64,000 bases of DNA from Perkinsela sp. CCAP 1560/9 (Eukaryota; Protista; Euglenozoa: Kinetoplastea). Location: assembly GCA_965644495.1 (NCBI GenBank), contig CBFFSA010000043.1, positions 1 to 64,000 on the forward strand, written 5' to 3'. The translations under genes and the position numbers were made by a program. Under the pieces are notes generated by a model. That model was not told the origin of the DNA and did not search any database. It saw only the letters and a program-made list of their open reading frames with translations. The number at the start of each line of letters is the position of its first letter. Position 1 is the first letter of the stretch. Of the stretch, positions 46,431 to 59,967 are shown one piece after another.

Positions 46431-47658
46431 TTTCCGCCGATGAGCCAACAACAGAAGACCTGCACCACAAATACATACGCGACAAATTGATGGAAGAACC
46501 ATGCCAAGCCGACATATTACGAGCTACAAGTGCTAAAGGAAGTTACACGTGGCTGGCCTCCTCCACCAGATTAGTGCCCAGCAGACTATTCACCCTTGCG
46601 GTAATGCCCCGTTTTGGACTGGCACATCCCAGACTCCCTGCACACCTACAGTGCCCCGGGTGTCACACCTTGCTGACTTCCGAGAACGCTATTTCCCACG
46701 TGGCTGGATGCTCGACTTGCACTGGTAACAACGCGACAACGAAGCACAACAAAATGGTCCACAGACTGTATGAATTATGCATCAAAGCAGGCATTCCTTT
46801 TGAACGAGAACCCCGGCAGTTCTCTACGTACACGTGTGTCAAATGTGGAGCTCATCTGGATGGGGATTCTAAACCATCACACCAAAGGATCTGCGGATCA
46901 GGATCTTTTCACCACTCAGGGCCGGATCTAGTTATTCACTGGGCCGACGGAGACGTATTCTACGACTTCACCATTGTGCATGAACTATGTCCTTCGAATT
47001 TAACGCGAGGCGGCACAATCCTTATGAGGGACGCCATTAAACGGAAGAACAAGACGTACGTAGCCTCAAAACTGCTCCCCCAAATCCAATTTCAGTGCAT
47101 ACCGATGCTTGCAGGAGGAGCTATGCACGCTAACACAAAGAACCTGCTTCTCGCTTTAGCCGACGCGTGTGGATTAGCGCGGGATTACGTGATCCAAGAT
47201 TTTACACTTCGATTACAAGAATTCAACGGATCGGTTGTTCTCTCGCAACTTGGCAAATTTCTAGTGCCGCAGAGCCGAGAAGATACGGCGATTTAATCAA
47301 CCATTCTTTATTAATTATGAAAACTTGAGAAAGTAATTTTGGTTCCGGCTCAACACACGAGAGAAAATCATATTATTCATTATCTGAAAAGACCGGTCAT
47401 ATTATGTAACTTTATGGTAATTGATAAGAAAATGCGATTTTTTTTAAGTCATACACCTGCGGAAAGTAAAAAAAAAAAAATGAAGATTTGGAACGCGCGA
47501 ATGAATTGGGCATAAATTGCTTCTTTTTATTATTATTGTTATCAAAATCATAGAAAAAAAAAATCTTTAACGATAAAGTTAAAAATCTTTAACGATAAAG
47601 ATACAGTTTCTGTACCTTGTTGAATTATTTTCTTTTCTTTATCTCACTCTTACGCCCC

Positions 47659-50600
47659 ATGGTTGTTTTAACTCGATCTAAGGCGAAGCAGGTCTCGAAC
47701 TTCGAGCGCGAGGTGAAAGCACACACACTCGGCTGCTGGGACCAATTCGACGCAAACAAGGACCTTGTTGAAGGCAAGAGTACGTACCATGTAGACTTAT
47801 ACACTACACCCCTCCCACCTAATCCTTCAGCTGAATCTTTACGGCGAGCGGACGAGATTGCACTCAGCATTACGAACTCTGTGGAAGGTGAGACCCCAGA
47901 TACAGGGCAACAGCAGACAAGCACGGAAGAGGAACTTTTCTCCAGCGTCCGTCCAACTGAGGACTTCGAATTCCAGTTTGCGGGAGCAGAATCTTCTTCA
48001 CTCAGCCTATCAAAAACCACAAATAAGGCTGTGAAGGAGAGGTGCGAACGACATATCCGGAGGTCATACGACAACGAATATAATTACGAAAAAGATAAAT
48101 TGCTCTTCCCCGATCTCACTCCTGAAGACCTTACTGTGTCTGTGAATGGATGCGGAAAAGGACGGAAAAAGAAGAAGCGACCCAAGAGCATCTCCCTTTC
48201 CCAATTGTGTGCTGAGTCCGGGGCCGACAGCGACGACCGTGACACCGCACAATCAAGTTCCAACTCCCCTAGGCCATACACTCCTGAGGCTGAAAGTGAC
48301 AGCAATCTGTCTGCGGCATCATCTCCGAAAAAACCGGACACAAAGCCCCATGCGGACACTTCAGTAAGTCTCAAGCGACACCGACGCCCATTAACCTCCC
48401 GAAACGCCGAGTCATCTAAAAGCACGCCCGCCCCCATTATTAGCACACCAAGTCGGCCCAGGAAATGCCCCTTGGATTCATGTACCTGGGAAACAGGGCC
48501 GCACGGCGATCAATGGCAAGCCTTTTACAACCACGTGGCTAACAGACATGGGGAAGAAGTGGCGGAATCATGGTGGACAGAGGAGGGAAGATTCCTATGC
48601 CCGGGTTGCAAAAAGCACTACTCCATGCGCAAGCAAGCAACACACAAGATGCACTGCAGGTTTCGCACGCCGTCACCCAAACCTTCGCATGGTTACTCCG
48701 CTGGCTCCAAAGATTACCCCGTCCCGCCCCCAAATTCCGTTACTGAGCACCACCCTGAGCAGCAGCTTAGCGAGAACACTATGCAAGGCGCCCCAACAGT
48801 GGAAGATCTGCCGTCCCTATCATCAGTATGCGCCTTGTCCGTCAATACCTGCAAAAATATCCCAAACAGCTGTAAGCCTGAATGGGCGAAAACACTTACC
48901 GAATGCATGGCGGCGGCCGTACGTGACAACACCATCGAGGCTTGGACCCTGCTGGCTATGTTACCTAAATGTGTAATTCCAGCACCACGACGCGGCGGGG
49001 ACAAGGGTAAAGCCTCATACGCCTCCCACGTCCGCAAATGCCTTTCCAGATGGAAGAACAAGGAATTTCTACCACTTTGGAACGAGGCCTTGTCAAGCCT
49101 GAAGCGTAAGCGGAAAAGTTCTCCACAGGCTCAGAGCATTGAAGAGGAGGATCAGAAAGCTGCGCTCCGAGCAGTACGCCTCGTGCGAGATGGTGAACTT
49201 TCCCGCGCAATGACTGCGTTGACATCCGAACCACTTGCCCCAAACGATGACACGACTTATCAAAAGCTCCAGGCGAAACACCCGTCTCGACTTCTGGGTC
49301 CAAGTCCGATTACCACGCCTTCTTTGTAAAAGTTTACGGATTGAAATTCAGGAGGGATTATATTTGAATAGGGTTTGTTAATAATTATGTACGTGTATGA
49401 ACTGTATGCATTTTCGCGTGAAATTGATTTTATTCTTATGTGACTGTATTAGTGACTATTCTATTTGGGTAAAGCTTCACTCGTTTTCGCAGGGTTGGTT
49501 GGCTGCGAGCTGAGGGGATGGGTCTTCCCGTTCACAAGTTACTTTGATTATGGAATTCCGGAATATTGTTTCAAACTGTGCTGATGTGATGAGACTTGTA
49601 CTCTTTGAGAAACTGATCTACATGTATGACGATTTCAATGAATTTTCGTTATGTTCTATTTCCAGTTCTATTTCTTCTTAATATATCTTTTCATATTCTT
49701 TGTTAATGTACGTGAAAGCACGAACTGGATTTCGATATTAAACCGATCACCGCAACCGAAGAGGACATCATTACGGCGCTTTCCAGCTTTCACCGCGGTT
49801 CCTCAGGGGGAGCTCTCGGACTTCGGCCTGAGCACCTACAAGTAGCAGTGCAATTCCATCACGACGCCAGGACAGATCCGCTCGGTACGCTCACGAAACT
49901 TATTAGTCATATGCTAGCGGGCAAAGTACCACTTGAAGTCCAACACTGCTTCGCCGGCGGACGCTTATGTGCCTTACACAAGGGTCAGGGTGATGTCCGC
50001 CCCATTGCCGCAGGGGAAACCTTCCGCCGACTAGCGAGCAAGATAGGATGTCTGTCTGCAAAGGCTAAATCCAGAACGCTCTTCAAAGATCAACAATATG
50101 GAGTGGCGACGCCCGCAGGAGCCGAACGTGTTATCCACATTTGCAGGCGCCTGGTTGCGCACCACATCAATAACGAGGATTTTGTGCTATGCAAGGTTGA
50201 CCTTCGCAACGCTTTCAATCACATTTCAAGAAATAGCTTTATGGCCTTGACGCGGCATCATTTCCCTGAGTTGAGCCCGTTCGTGGAATGGTGCTACAGT
50301 TCGGACAGTAACCTGACATTCGGCGCACGTGTAGTTCAATCCTCTGAAGGCGTACAACAAGGAGACCCGCTCGGACCCCTTTTGTTCTCGCTCGTCATGA
50401 GAGAAATGGCCGCAGAACTTAAGGCCGGAGCTCCTGATCTTCATCTCAATCTCTGGTACCTTGATGATGGCGTCCTTGCAGGCCAGGCTTCTGATGTACG
50501 TCACGCACTAGATATCATCGAAATTGGAGGGCCAAAGTGGGGTCTGAACCTCAATCCGTCCAAGTGCGAAATAATCACACACCCTTCCTCATCTCATCAA

Positions 50601-52079
50601 ACTACCCACTTTCCTGACATTCCCGGGCTCAACATCAACATGGAAGGTAATCTGAGCATCTTGGAAAGCCCCATCGGATCTACGACGTACAGCCGTCAGT
50701 TCCTCCTCGACAGCGCGATTTCCCAGGCGGAGGAATCCCTTGAAGCGATCGAGAAACTGGAGGACCCTCAGGTCGCTTTCTCTCTCATCCGACAGTGCAC
50801 AGGGTTTTGCCAGATGGTTTACTCCCTTCGCACGACGCCGACGGACGAACTACTGGACTTATGTCGCAGACTCGACAACGCCGTTCAGCGTACGGTTGAA
50901 ACGTTTTGTCGCCCACTGAGTGACATGGCTCGACGACAAGCACAAAGAAATAAACAGTTCGGCGGTCTCGGCCTTCGCTCAGCGGAAATGCATGCCACCT
51001 CAGCGTACGTAGCTTCAGTAGCTTTCGCTTCCGACAAGGATCGATGGGATGCAAATGAGGCTGAGGGCTTTTCTTACGCCGTGGAGGACATTAACCGGCG
51101 TGTAGGGGGGTGTATGGTGGACAAATCTACCGGGAAAATCCACAAGGACTCCGTCATAAAGAGATGCCCCTTCTCGCCCTCCCCCGATATTGACCTTTCT
51201 CAAGATTTGGCGATTCCTCGACAACGCGATCTCAGTCATGCGATTTCAGCGAGAGACTTTGAGGAAGATTACGCAAGAGCGGATCCCCGCACTCGGGCTA
51301 GGTGGCTCTCACAAACGGGCGACGGGGCATCCAACTGGGCCTTCACGGTTCCCTCAACTCTCTGCGGTCATGCCTACACCCCTACTGAATTTCGGACTCT
51401 GATTCGTTGGTGGCTCGGGGAGAGTATATACCCTCAAGGTCACAACTGCCCGATTCCGAATTGTCGCCTCCCACTCGGCCCTGGGGGGGACCATGCGCTA
51501 GCCTGCAAGTGCGGCCACGGAATCATTACAAGGCACAACGCCCTAGCGGAACAGTTCTCCGCTGAATGCAGCAAGGCCGGGTTGAGCCCACAGAGAGAAG
51601 TCTCTCTGGGAAACAGGGGTCCGGGCGGCGCCCTCACGCGACCCGCAGATGTCTATGTCCGGAACGGTGGTCTCGGTCAGGCCCTCGTCCTTGATTTCGC
51701 TGTCACACATGTTCAGCAACAAAAGTATACGGACCTGGTCCGTGATGCTAACATGGTGGCAGCCGGGTCATTCGCCGAGAGGTACGCCGTCGAACACAAG
51801 CGGAAGCAACGGGAGGAAGCTGAAGAAGCGAAGACCAAGTTCACAGCTATGGCTGTCGAAACATACGGATGCTGGAGTCCGGCCGCTATGTCGGTCTTGC
51901 GGGAAGTCTCGAAAGGCCAAGCTGCGACAGGTGGAACACTTTCGCAAGGGGGGGCGTTACAGCAAATACTAACAAGTCTGAACGTCACCCTCATGCGCTC
52001 CCAGGCGCGTATGCTCGTTCTTCGCCTCCCCTCGGCGAACACAGGCCCTGCACTTGTGGGGTATGGCAAAGAAGAGTAA
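47659..52079 (+). CDS. CRE family-2 polyprotein (join 47659-49326 + 49734-52079, 1337 aa)
   Basis: The join gives TTPSL|DIKPITATEED (paralog GPKPLRATEED); YLDD; RLE. Confidence 0.9.
49327..49733 (+). repeat. Solo YR-type terminal repeat (variant G, 407 bp)
   Basis: TAAAAGTTTACGGATTGAAATTCA...GGATTTC; no TSD. Confidence 0.75.
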
Positions 52080-52678
52080 GGAAAACTTCTGGCCTGGATG
52101 TTGGTCGAGTCGACAGAGTCTATGCTCACGCCTAGCCCGCGAGGGCTAGGTACCCCAAGTGAGGTAGTACACGGGTAGTGAATCTCCTCCCCGTCGGCCA
52201 GCATCCTGTTTCGCGACCGTGTCGCTGTCGACACAGGCCCGCGCCTGCGCCCTCCCATATAGCAAGGGAAGGGTTCACAAGTCAGGCCGTGGAGAGGTCG
52301 AAAGACCCGGTCCGGAACGCGCGAATGGATTGGGCGTGGATTGCTTGTTTTTATTATTATTGTTATTATTGTTATTATACTTACGGGAGATCGAATTGCT
52401 AGTTTTGGGCTCCAAAATATGAAATTGCTAATTTTATTGCTTAAAAAAAAAAAAAACTATAATTCGACACCGGGTTAAGCGATCTCGGACGGTCTCAGTC
52501 ACATCTCCATTTATGACATAAAAAAAAACGTTGTCTTAATAAAAAACGTTGTCTTAATAAAAAAAATAAAATTAATTACGATATGAAATTTAGGATACTA
52601 TAACTGAAGTTCTAATTTTTTTGTGGATGGGGGGTATTGCACGTCCTTTCCCAAGCATATTCTTTTTTTCTTTTTCTT

Positions 52679-52765
52679 TTAAAAAGGTGTTCTTATAAAA
52701 AAGGTGTTCTTATAAAAAAGGTGTTCTTATAAAAAAGGTGTTCTTATAAAAAAGGTGTTCTTATT
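52679..52765. repeat. 17-bp minisatellite (AAAAAAGGTGTTCTTAT)x5
   Basis: Direct tandem repeats in a CRE 3' UTR region. Confidence 0.85.
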
Positions 52766-52859
52766 TTATTTTTTTATTTTTTTGACTTTCTCACTTACTT
52801 TCCTACTTGCTCAACTTCTTTCCCTCACTTCCCCCCATTTTGAAAACGAGCAAAATATA

Positions 52860-54202
52860 AACCCCGCGTCATGAAAAGTGACCCCCCACTTTTTTTTCGT
52901 ACAAGTGTCCGTTTGAGCTGATCTTTGTTGCATTTTGGAGATCTCAACACAAGGACTTTGCGCGTGAAGAAATGAAACAAAAAGAAGCGAATACGTATAT
53001 TTTATTGAGGAATTACCATTTTTTCACCTTTTCGATCTTATACTTTCAATCTTATACACTCCTTAAGGCGTGAGTCAAAGCTTAAGACCGTTTTGTCGAT
53101 CACATTTTGAGACAAGCGAGACCACGCTTTGCGTACACATCGGATGAGTGAAGGCTTATCCGATGGGGTTTGTTCGTCCACCGCCCCTCGGACCATAGAC
53201 CAGACGTTTTCTATTGGGGAAAGATCTGGTGAGTTGGGGGGCCAATTTTTCAGAAGTTCACTCACTGCGCTTTCAATGTACTCCTTTGAGGCACGAGCAG
53301 TGTGTGCCGTTGCCCCATCTTGCTGAAAAATACGATTAGGGGGGAAATCTACCTCTTTTAATGTTTCTATGTACGTCTCACTTGTAATAGATGTGTCATT
53401 TTGTAGAATTACCAAGTACCTCCACCCCACCCCTACAGCACCCCAAACTTGGCATCTTGGTGCCCAACGTACTTTTTGACGCGGGGCTGCTTTTTGACCG
53501 CGCCTTACCCACACTTTTCTTCTGCCATCATTAGTATCAAATATTTTTTCGTCTGTAAAGATGACACGGGAAGTATCCATATTGTAATTCAACGCAAATT
53601 GAACTCTTTTTACTTTTGTCGTTCGGTAAGCCCTTGGCATAGCGGTCGAGCGGCACAACTGTAATCCAGGGATGATAAGTCTCTCTGTACAGTTCTTTTT
53701 GAAACTTGTATATTCTTTTTCTTCAATTGGGCTGCTATGCGCCTTGATGAATTAAGTCTCGGTACTCCAGCGGGGTCAAGAGGGGTTATCTTTTCAATTT
53801 TCGTTTTACGAGTTTTCATTATTTTTTTTCGCTCAGGACTCAAAGTGTATACTGGGGTAGTTTTTTTTTTTCGTTCAAATATTTTTTAACTATCCTTCTA
53901 GAAACGTTGAAATCACGGGTTAGCTCTTTTATTGGTACTCCTTCTCCGTGCCTCATCTTTAAAAGAACATTTCCACTAGAAGTCAGCCCCCCTCTTGGGA
54001 GTCGATATGGTGATTTTGGCATTTTTGAAAAAAAAGTTGAAAAAATTAATTTTTTTTTACTGAATTTTAAAGTTTTAAAATGAGCTAAAAACAGCGGGAA
54101 CGTACAGATCTCAAAATTTTGAACGACAACGTGGTATGATAACCCCCCCACGACCCCCTGTGCTAAAAATAAGGGGGGGTCACTTATTGGTGACGCGGGG
54201 TT
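52860..54202 (-). mobile_element. Tc1/IS630-mariner superfamily DNA transposon
   Basis: TIRs AACCCCGCGTCA.....AAGTGACCCCCC and TA TSD; inserted in the CRE 3' UTR, with the empty site visible near 59555-59570. Confidence 0.92.
53038..54022 (-). pseudogene. DD35E transposase with two frameshifts
   Basis: HTH-like VSKRTVQR; FTDEK, QQDGATAH, WPPNSPDLSPIE; spread over three frames. Confidence 0.9.
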
Positions 54203-54608
54203 TATAACTAGCAAATACATGCTTTCCCATCTTACCCACTTCCCCTTACCAATCTTACCAGCTTTCCAGGGAGGGTAAGGTCTCCCTCGGCTAGGAGGGG
54301 CAGACTTTCCCCGAACCATTCGGGCGTTCCGGACCGGGTCTTTCGACCTCTCCCAGCTTGCCTTGTTAACCCTTCTCTTGTTGTACGAGAGGGCGCAAGC
54401 AATGGGCCTGTGCCGACAGCGGCACGGTCGCGGAGCATGATGCTGGCCGACGGGGAGGAACAAAGTTCCCTACCCATGTCCTACCTCACTTGGAGTACCT
54501 AGCCCTGGCGGACTAGGCGTGAGCATAGACCCTGCCGGCATCGACCAGCATCCGGACCAGCTGTTCGAGTTCCGGCTGAGCGGTCCATCTTGCACATCCG
54601 TCATCGTG

Positions 54609-57600
54609 CTATTGCTCGATTAAAGGGGGCAAAGGGTCCACAGCCGGCAGGCGCGTAATCATCATGCGTGCCTGGCAACGCATCAATGTTACGTTCATGT
54701 CGGTCACGAGACGGAGCGTAGAGGCCTCGTCTGTCAAGATACCGTTGGACGCTTTTGCCCTTCGTTCTCCAACCTTCCGGAGAACGGCTAAAGCACTGGC
54801 ACTCCAAGAGCCATAGCTCTCGACCACAATAGCTGTGAAGTCGCTTCCGGCATCTTCAGATTCACGGCGTTGTCGGACTTTCTGCTCTGAGGCATAATGC
54901 TCTGCGAAGGATCCCGCGGCCACCCAGCTAGCATTTCGGACTGTGTCCGTGTATTTAGATTGCTGGGCGTGAGTGACCGCGAAGTCAAGCACGATAGGTT
55001 TCCCGAGGAAGAGACTCGGAAGGAAGACGTCCCCGGGTCTAGTCAGAGCGCCTCCGGGGCCCCGGTTCCCGAGGCTTTTTTCCCGTTGGGGAGCTAGGCG
55101 TGCGTTACTGCAAGTATCGGCAAAGTGATCGGCCAAGGCGTTGTGACGGCCGATGATACCGTCCCCGTGCTTGCATGTGAGAGCGTGATCGCCGTGTATG
55201 TCCAATGGGAGTGTGCAGTTCCCCTTGGGACATGTACCTTCTTCCCCGTACACGGGCACACCTAACCACCAGCGGGATAGGATGCGGAATTCTGTGGGGT
55301 TAAAGGCGTGGCCCGTGTCTCTGGAAGGAGTTACGAACGCCCAGCTGCTTGCTCCTTTACCACACTGAGAAGCCCAGCGTGCGCGAGTCCGGGCGTCGGC
55401 GTTTTCATATGCGTGCGAGAACTCTGTGGCAGAGATCGCGTAACTTATGTCTTTTTGGCGGGGGACGCTATTACTTGCCCAGTCGGGTGGCTCCGCGTCA
55501 ACGCAATCTTCGGATGCGTAAAGGGGGTTTGTATCGTGTAGAAAGTCTTCGGAATGAGGCAATGCGCGGTCACGAGGAAGAGAAGGCGGATTTGCGGGTT
55601 CAAAGGGATGTCTGGTTTCTCCCTCGCGAGATCTCTTGGTGAAGCGAGCTTTGGGGGAGAGTTCTTCACATTTATGGCGCGGGATGGAACGCACGAGTCC
55701 GTTTGAGTCGAGTAGACTGATACCAACTTTCGAATTCACGTCTTCAATCGATTGTAGAAAGCCCTCCACTTCTGAAGCATCCCATGAGTCCGTGGCCGCC
55801 GCGAAAACTACAGAGGAGGCGTAAGCGGAGGATGCGTGCACGGTCGCCGATTTTAAACCGAAACCTCCGTGTCTTTTCAAGCGCTGAATTTGGGCGCGTG
55901 CGGAGGGAGGCAAAGGACATAGAGTGGATTCGACCGCGTGCATTAGGAAGTCGTCGAGCCGCTTGCAGAGGTTCATAACTGATTGCGGGGGCGTCGTTCG
56001 TAGAGCATGTACCAATTTGCAGAATCCAGCACATTGTCGAATTAGCGCCATGGCTACCTGGGGGTCCCGGATTCTGGTTATGGCATCAAGGGCCATTTCG
56101 GCGGGCTCAACCGCGTGTGTCAGCAGATATTCAGTACAGTACTCAGGGGACCCAATTGGGCTTCCTAGGACACTAAAGTTACCGCACACGTTTATTTTGG
56201 CGTCGGGTATGTCCGGAAATATGGTTACAACGTTAGCCGAGGCAGGGGGGGTGATTATTTCGCACTTGGACATGTTCAGATATAGGCCCCATCGCGGACC
56301 TACTCTGGCGATTGTATCCAACGAATTCCTGACGTCTTCTGCCCTGCCAATGAGAATCCCGTCGTCTAGGTACCATAGCTGCAAGTCCAGGTCGGCCTGG
56401 TGATAGATTTCTTTTGCAAGTTCCAAGGAGACCAGTGAAAAGAAAAGTGGTCCCAGGGGATCGCCCTGTTGGACGCCTTCATCCGAAAGGAGTGTGTGGT
56501 CACGATAGGTCAAAGCACTAGTTGTCGTATAGCACCAGCTAGCCCAGGGGAACAATTCCGGAAAATGATCGCCTACAAGTTTCAAGAAAGTTGCTCTGCT
56601 AACGTTGTTGAATGCGTTGCTTAGGTCGACTTTACATAATACCATGTCGGGGTTGTCCGTATGAATTGTCATTGCGTGCCGGCAAGTGTGAATTATTCGT
56701 TCCGAACCGGCCGGTGTCGCGACGCCGAACTGTAGTCCCTTAAAAAATTCCCTGGCTTTGCTCCTCACTGCATTGCAAGCCGCTTTGCTTACCAATCGAC
56801 GTATCGTTTCTCCCGCTGCTATGGGGCGGACGTCATTTTCGCCCTTTTCAAGCGCGCAAAGTCTGGCTCCCGCAAAATATGGTTGTACCTCTAGGGGTGC
56901 TTTCCCGGCTAGTAGATGATTCACGAGGTTTTTAAGGGCAGTAAGGGGTTTCACGGTGTTATCTACGTGCGCCAGGAGTACAGCTTGCAAGTGCTTGGGT
57001 CGTAAACCCATGGTTCCGGACGAGGAACCCCGGTGAAAGCTCTTGATAGTTTTCGCTACCACGGGTTCATCCATTATTGGGGGCGCTGTGGGCGGAGGCG
57101 TATAGTCGATGATGTCACTGTCTGGATGTCGGGGCGGGTGCTTGCTCTGAAGTTTGAGGAGTGTATCTTCGTCGTCAGGCGCCATAGCATCCGCCGTGAG
57201 TGCAGCCATACCCCTAGAGTACTCGCCTTGTCGAGCTAGAAGCTCTGCTCGGATAGCTGCCTTTTCCTCTTCGTCGTGAACGGTTGTAGGGGCTACAGAT
57301 TGTTTCTTGAGTGCGTTGTCTACTGCTTCATTCCATAGGGAGACATAATCTTGCGCGAGCCATCGGTTCATGCACTTCTGGACGTATGATGCGTAAGTTG
57401 TGTGGTTCTTACGTCCTCCTCGGTGTGGGGCGGGTAGTAAGCACTTGGGGAGCATGGCGAATAGGGTCTACGCGGCTGTAGAGTTTTCGGTGACTGCGTT
57501 TTGGGCTGCTTTGGTGATAATTTCTCCCCACAGTTGACGGCAACGTGGAGGCACGTCCTTGCAAGTGTTCAGGCGCAGCGTGCAGATAGAGGATAGCGAG

Positions 57601-58475
57601 GGAAGTTCAGAGTGATGAGTTTGAGTCCCCGGAAGGTGGCTTGGGTCGCTCGAGTGTGCTGCGCGCGATGGGATTTGGGGGTTCGCAACGTTCCCTTTGC
57701 AGGCTTGTGGATGAGCTTCCCTTTTGTTGATGTCATAATGGCGCCCGCATAAGTTGCAAAGAAATCGGCCTTCTGCATCCCACCAGGTAGCGGGAACTCC
57801 GTTTCCGTGGCGACACGCGACGTGGTTATAAAACGCTTGCCAAGACCCTCCGTGCGGCAAACTTCTCCAAGTGCATCCCATGGCCGGACATTCCCGAGTC
57901 TCTTCTCTTGTTTGTGTCTTTTCAGCGAAGTTATTTTGGTTTGCGGCGTGTCGCGGTGAAGAGAAATATGTCCGGGGCTCCGGTGTTCGCCTTGACGAGC
58001 GCGAGTCCGCTTTGGTCACTCCTTTCGATGGGGAAGTGTTTCGACCTTGGTGGGAAAGAGCATCCTTCACTGCGGATTTGAGCGTCCGAGCTTCATCGGG
58101 GATCTTTGATGTGGGTGTAGCCTCGTGAGTAATTTTCTGCCTTCTCACTCCACAGTGCTGCATCTCCTCGTCTTCGGCCTCTACGTGGCCCGTGTCTGGG
58201 GTTTCCTTTTCCTGGGAGATGTGACGTGCGCGTTCCAACCATTCCTTAGGAATATTCGCCGGGATTGGTGTAATGTAGAGTTGTTCGTCGTATGTGCTGA
58301 CAGCGCGAATCAAATGCTTGTTTCCTTGGAATTGGTCCCAACTGCCGAGAGAGTGCGCACGTTCTTCGTCGGCGAGAGCGCCTACGCTGAGAGTTCCTTC
58401 CTTTGCACTCATATGGAATGAGGGGTGGTCCTCGTTCGAGCGTGCGGGGCTCTGAGGAGTATTGGTTTGCGTCAT
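54609..58475 (-). pseudogene. SL-headed CRE family-2 polyprotein with in-frame TAG at 57468-57470
   Basis: SL at 58515-58549; LsmAD-like GSWDQF..STYDEQLY; YLDD; RLE. The TAG sits at a conserved Trp. Confidence 0.92.
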
Positions 58476-58680
58476 AAAAGAGCTGGGCCCCGAGAGAATA
58501 CTACGTAAAAAATTCAACAAGGTACAGAAACTGTATCTTTATCGTTAAATAAATCTTTATCGTTTTTTTTTTTGCTTATCCAGCAAATTCGACTGTTTGT
58601 CTTCCGATACATCGTTTTCCTGCACTGTGTCGTTCTCCTCTCTCAGAGGCCTCCGTCGTCTAGTTCTCCCCGTCGCCGCT

Positions 58681-59285
58681 TTTTTTTTTTTTTTTTTACG
58701 AGTTGAAAACAAGCAATCAAATTAGCAATTCTTTTTTCTTTCCACAGATGTATCTTTTTTCTCAGCCCAAAACTAGCAATTTAGTCTCCCCTAAGTACAT
58801 ATTACCTTTTTTTTTATTAAGACAACGTTTTTTATTAAGACAACGTTTTTTATTAAGACAACGTTTTTTTTTTTTTGTATGTACGGTATGACTTTCTCAC
58901 TTACTTTCCTACTTGCTCAACTTCTTTCCCTCACTTCCCCCCATTTTGGAAACGAGCAAAATATAAAACTAGTAAATATATGCTTTCCCATCTTACCCAC
59001 TTCCCTTTACCAATCTTTTCAGCTTTCCAGGGAGGGTGAGGTCTCCCTCTGCTAGGAGGGGCAGACTTTCCCCTAACCATTCGCGCGTTCCGGACCGGGT
59101 CTTTCGACCTCTCCCAGCTTGCCTTGTTAACCCTTCTCTTGTTGTACGAGAGGGCGCAAGCAATGGGCCTGTGCCGACAGCGGCACGGTCGCGGAGCATG
59201 ATGCTGGCCGACGGGGAGGAACAAAGTTCCCAGCCCTTGTCCTACCTCACTTGGAGTACCTAGACCTGGCGGACTAGGCGTGAGA
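58681..59285 (-). mobile_element. 3'-UTR-only CRE family-2 fragment with poly(A)
   Basis: Matches 17059-17455 and the adjacent element's UTR. Confidence 0.8.
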
Positions 59286-59967
59286 TTTTTTTTTTTTTTT
59301 TTTGAAAACAAGCAATCAAATTAGCAATTCTTTTTCTTTCCACAGATGTACCTTTTTTCTCAGCCCAAAACTAGCAATTTAATCCCCCCTAAGTATATAT
59401 TACCTTTTTTTTTATATTAAGACAACGTTTTTTATTAAGACAACGTTTTTTATTAAGACAACGTTTTTTTTTTTGTATGTACGGTATGACTTTCTCACTT
59501 ACTTTCCTACTTGCTCAACTTATTTCCCTCACTTCCCCCCATTTTGGAAACGAGCAAAATATAAAACTAGTAAATATATGCTTTCCCATCTTACCCACTT
59601 CCCCTTACCAGTCTTACCAGCTTTCCAGGGAGGGTAAGTTCTCCCTCGGCTAGGAGGGGCAGACTTTCCCCGAACCATTCGCGCGTTCCGGACCGGGTCT
59701 TTCGACCTCTCCCAGCTTGCCTTGTTAACCCTTCTCTTGTTGTACGAGAGGGCGCAAGCAAAGGGCCTGTGCCGACAGCGGCACGGTCGCGGAGCATGAT
59801 GCTGGCCGACGGGGAGGAACAAAGTTCCCTACCCATGTCCTACCTCACTTGGAGTACCTAGCCCTGGCGGACTAGGCGTGAGCATAGACCCTGCCGGCAT
59901 CGACCAGCATCCGGACCAGCTGTTCGAGTTCCGGCTGAGCGGTCCATCTTGCACATCCGTCATCGTG

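Larger units (their letters stand above)
44520..47296 (+). pseudogene. 5'-truncated CRE family-1 RT-RLE, frameshifted near 45210 and interrupted by SINE E1
   Basis: DLKNAFNS, GVRQGSPLS, FVDD; RLE in ORF 46487-47296. Confidence 0.88.
47587..52456 (+). mobile_element. Full-length SL-headed CRE family-2 retrotransposon
   Basis: SL at 47587-47622 (partial SL at 47565-47578), structured 3' UTR, poly(A). Confidence 0.92.

Noticed and set aside
6753-47622. CRISPR-like array of 36-nt repeats
   Set aside because: Spacing is hundreds to thousands of bases, the context is eukaryotic and there are no cas genes.
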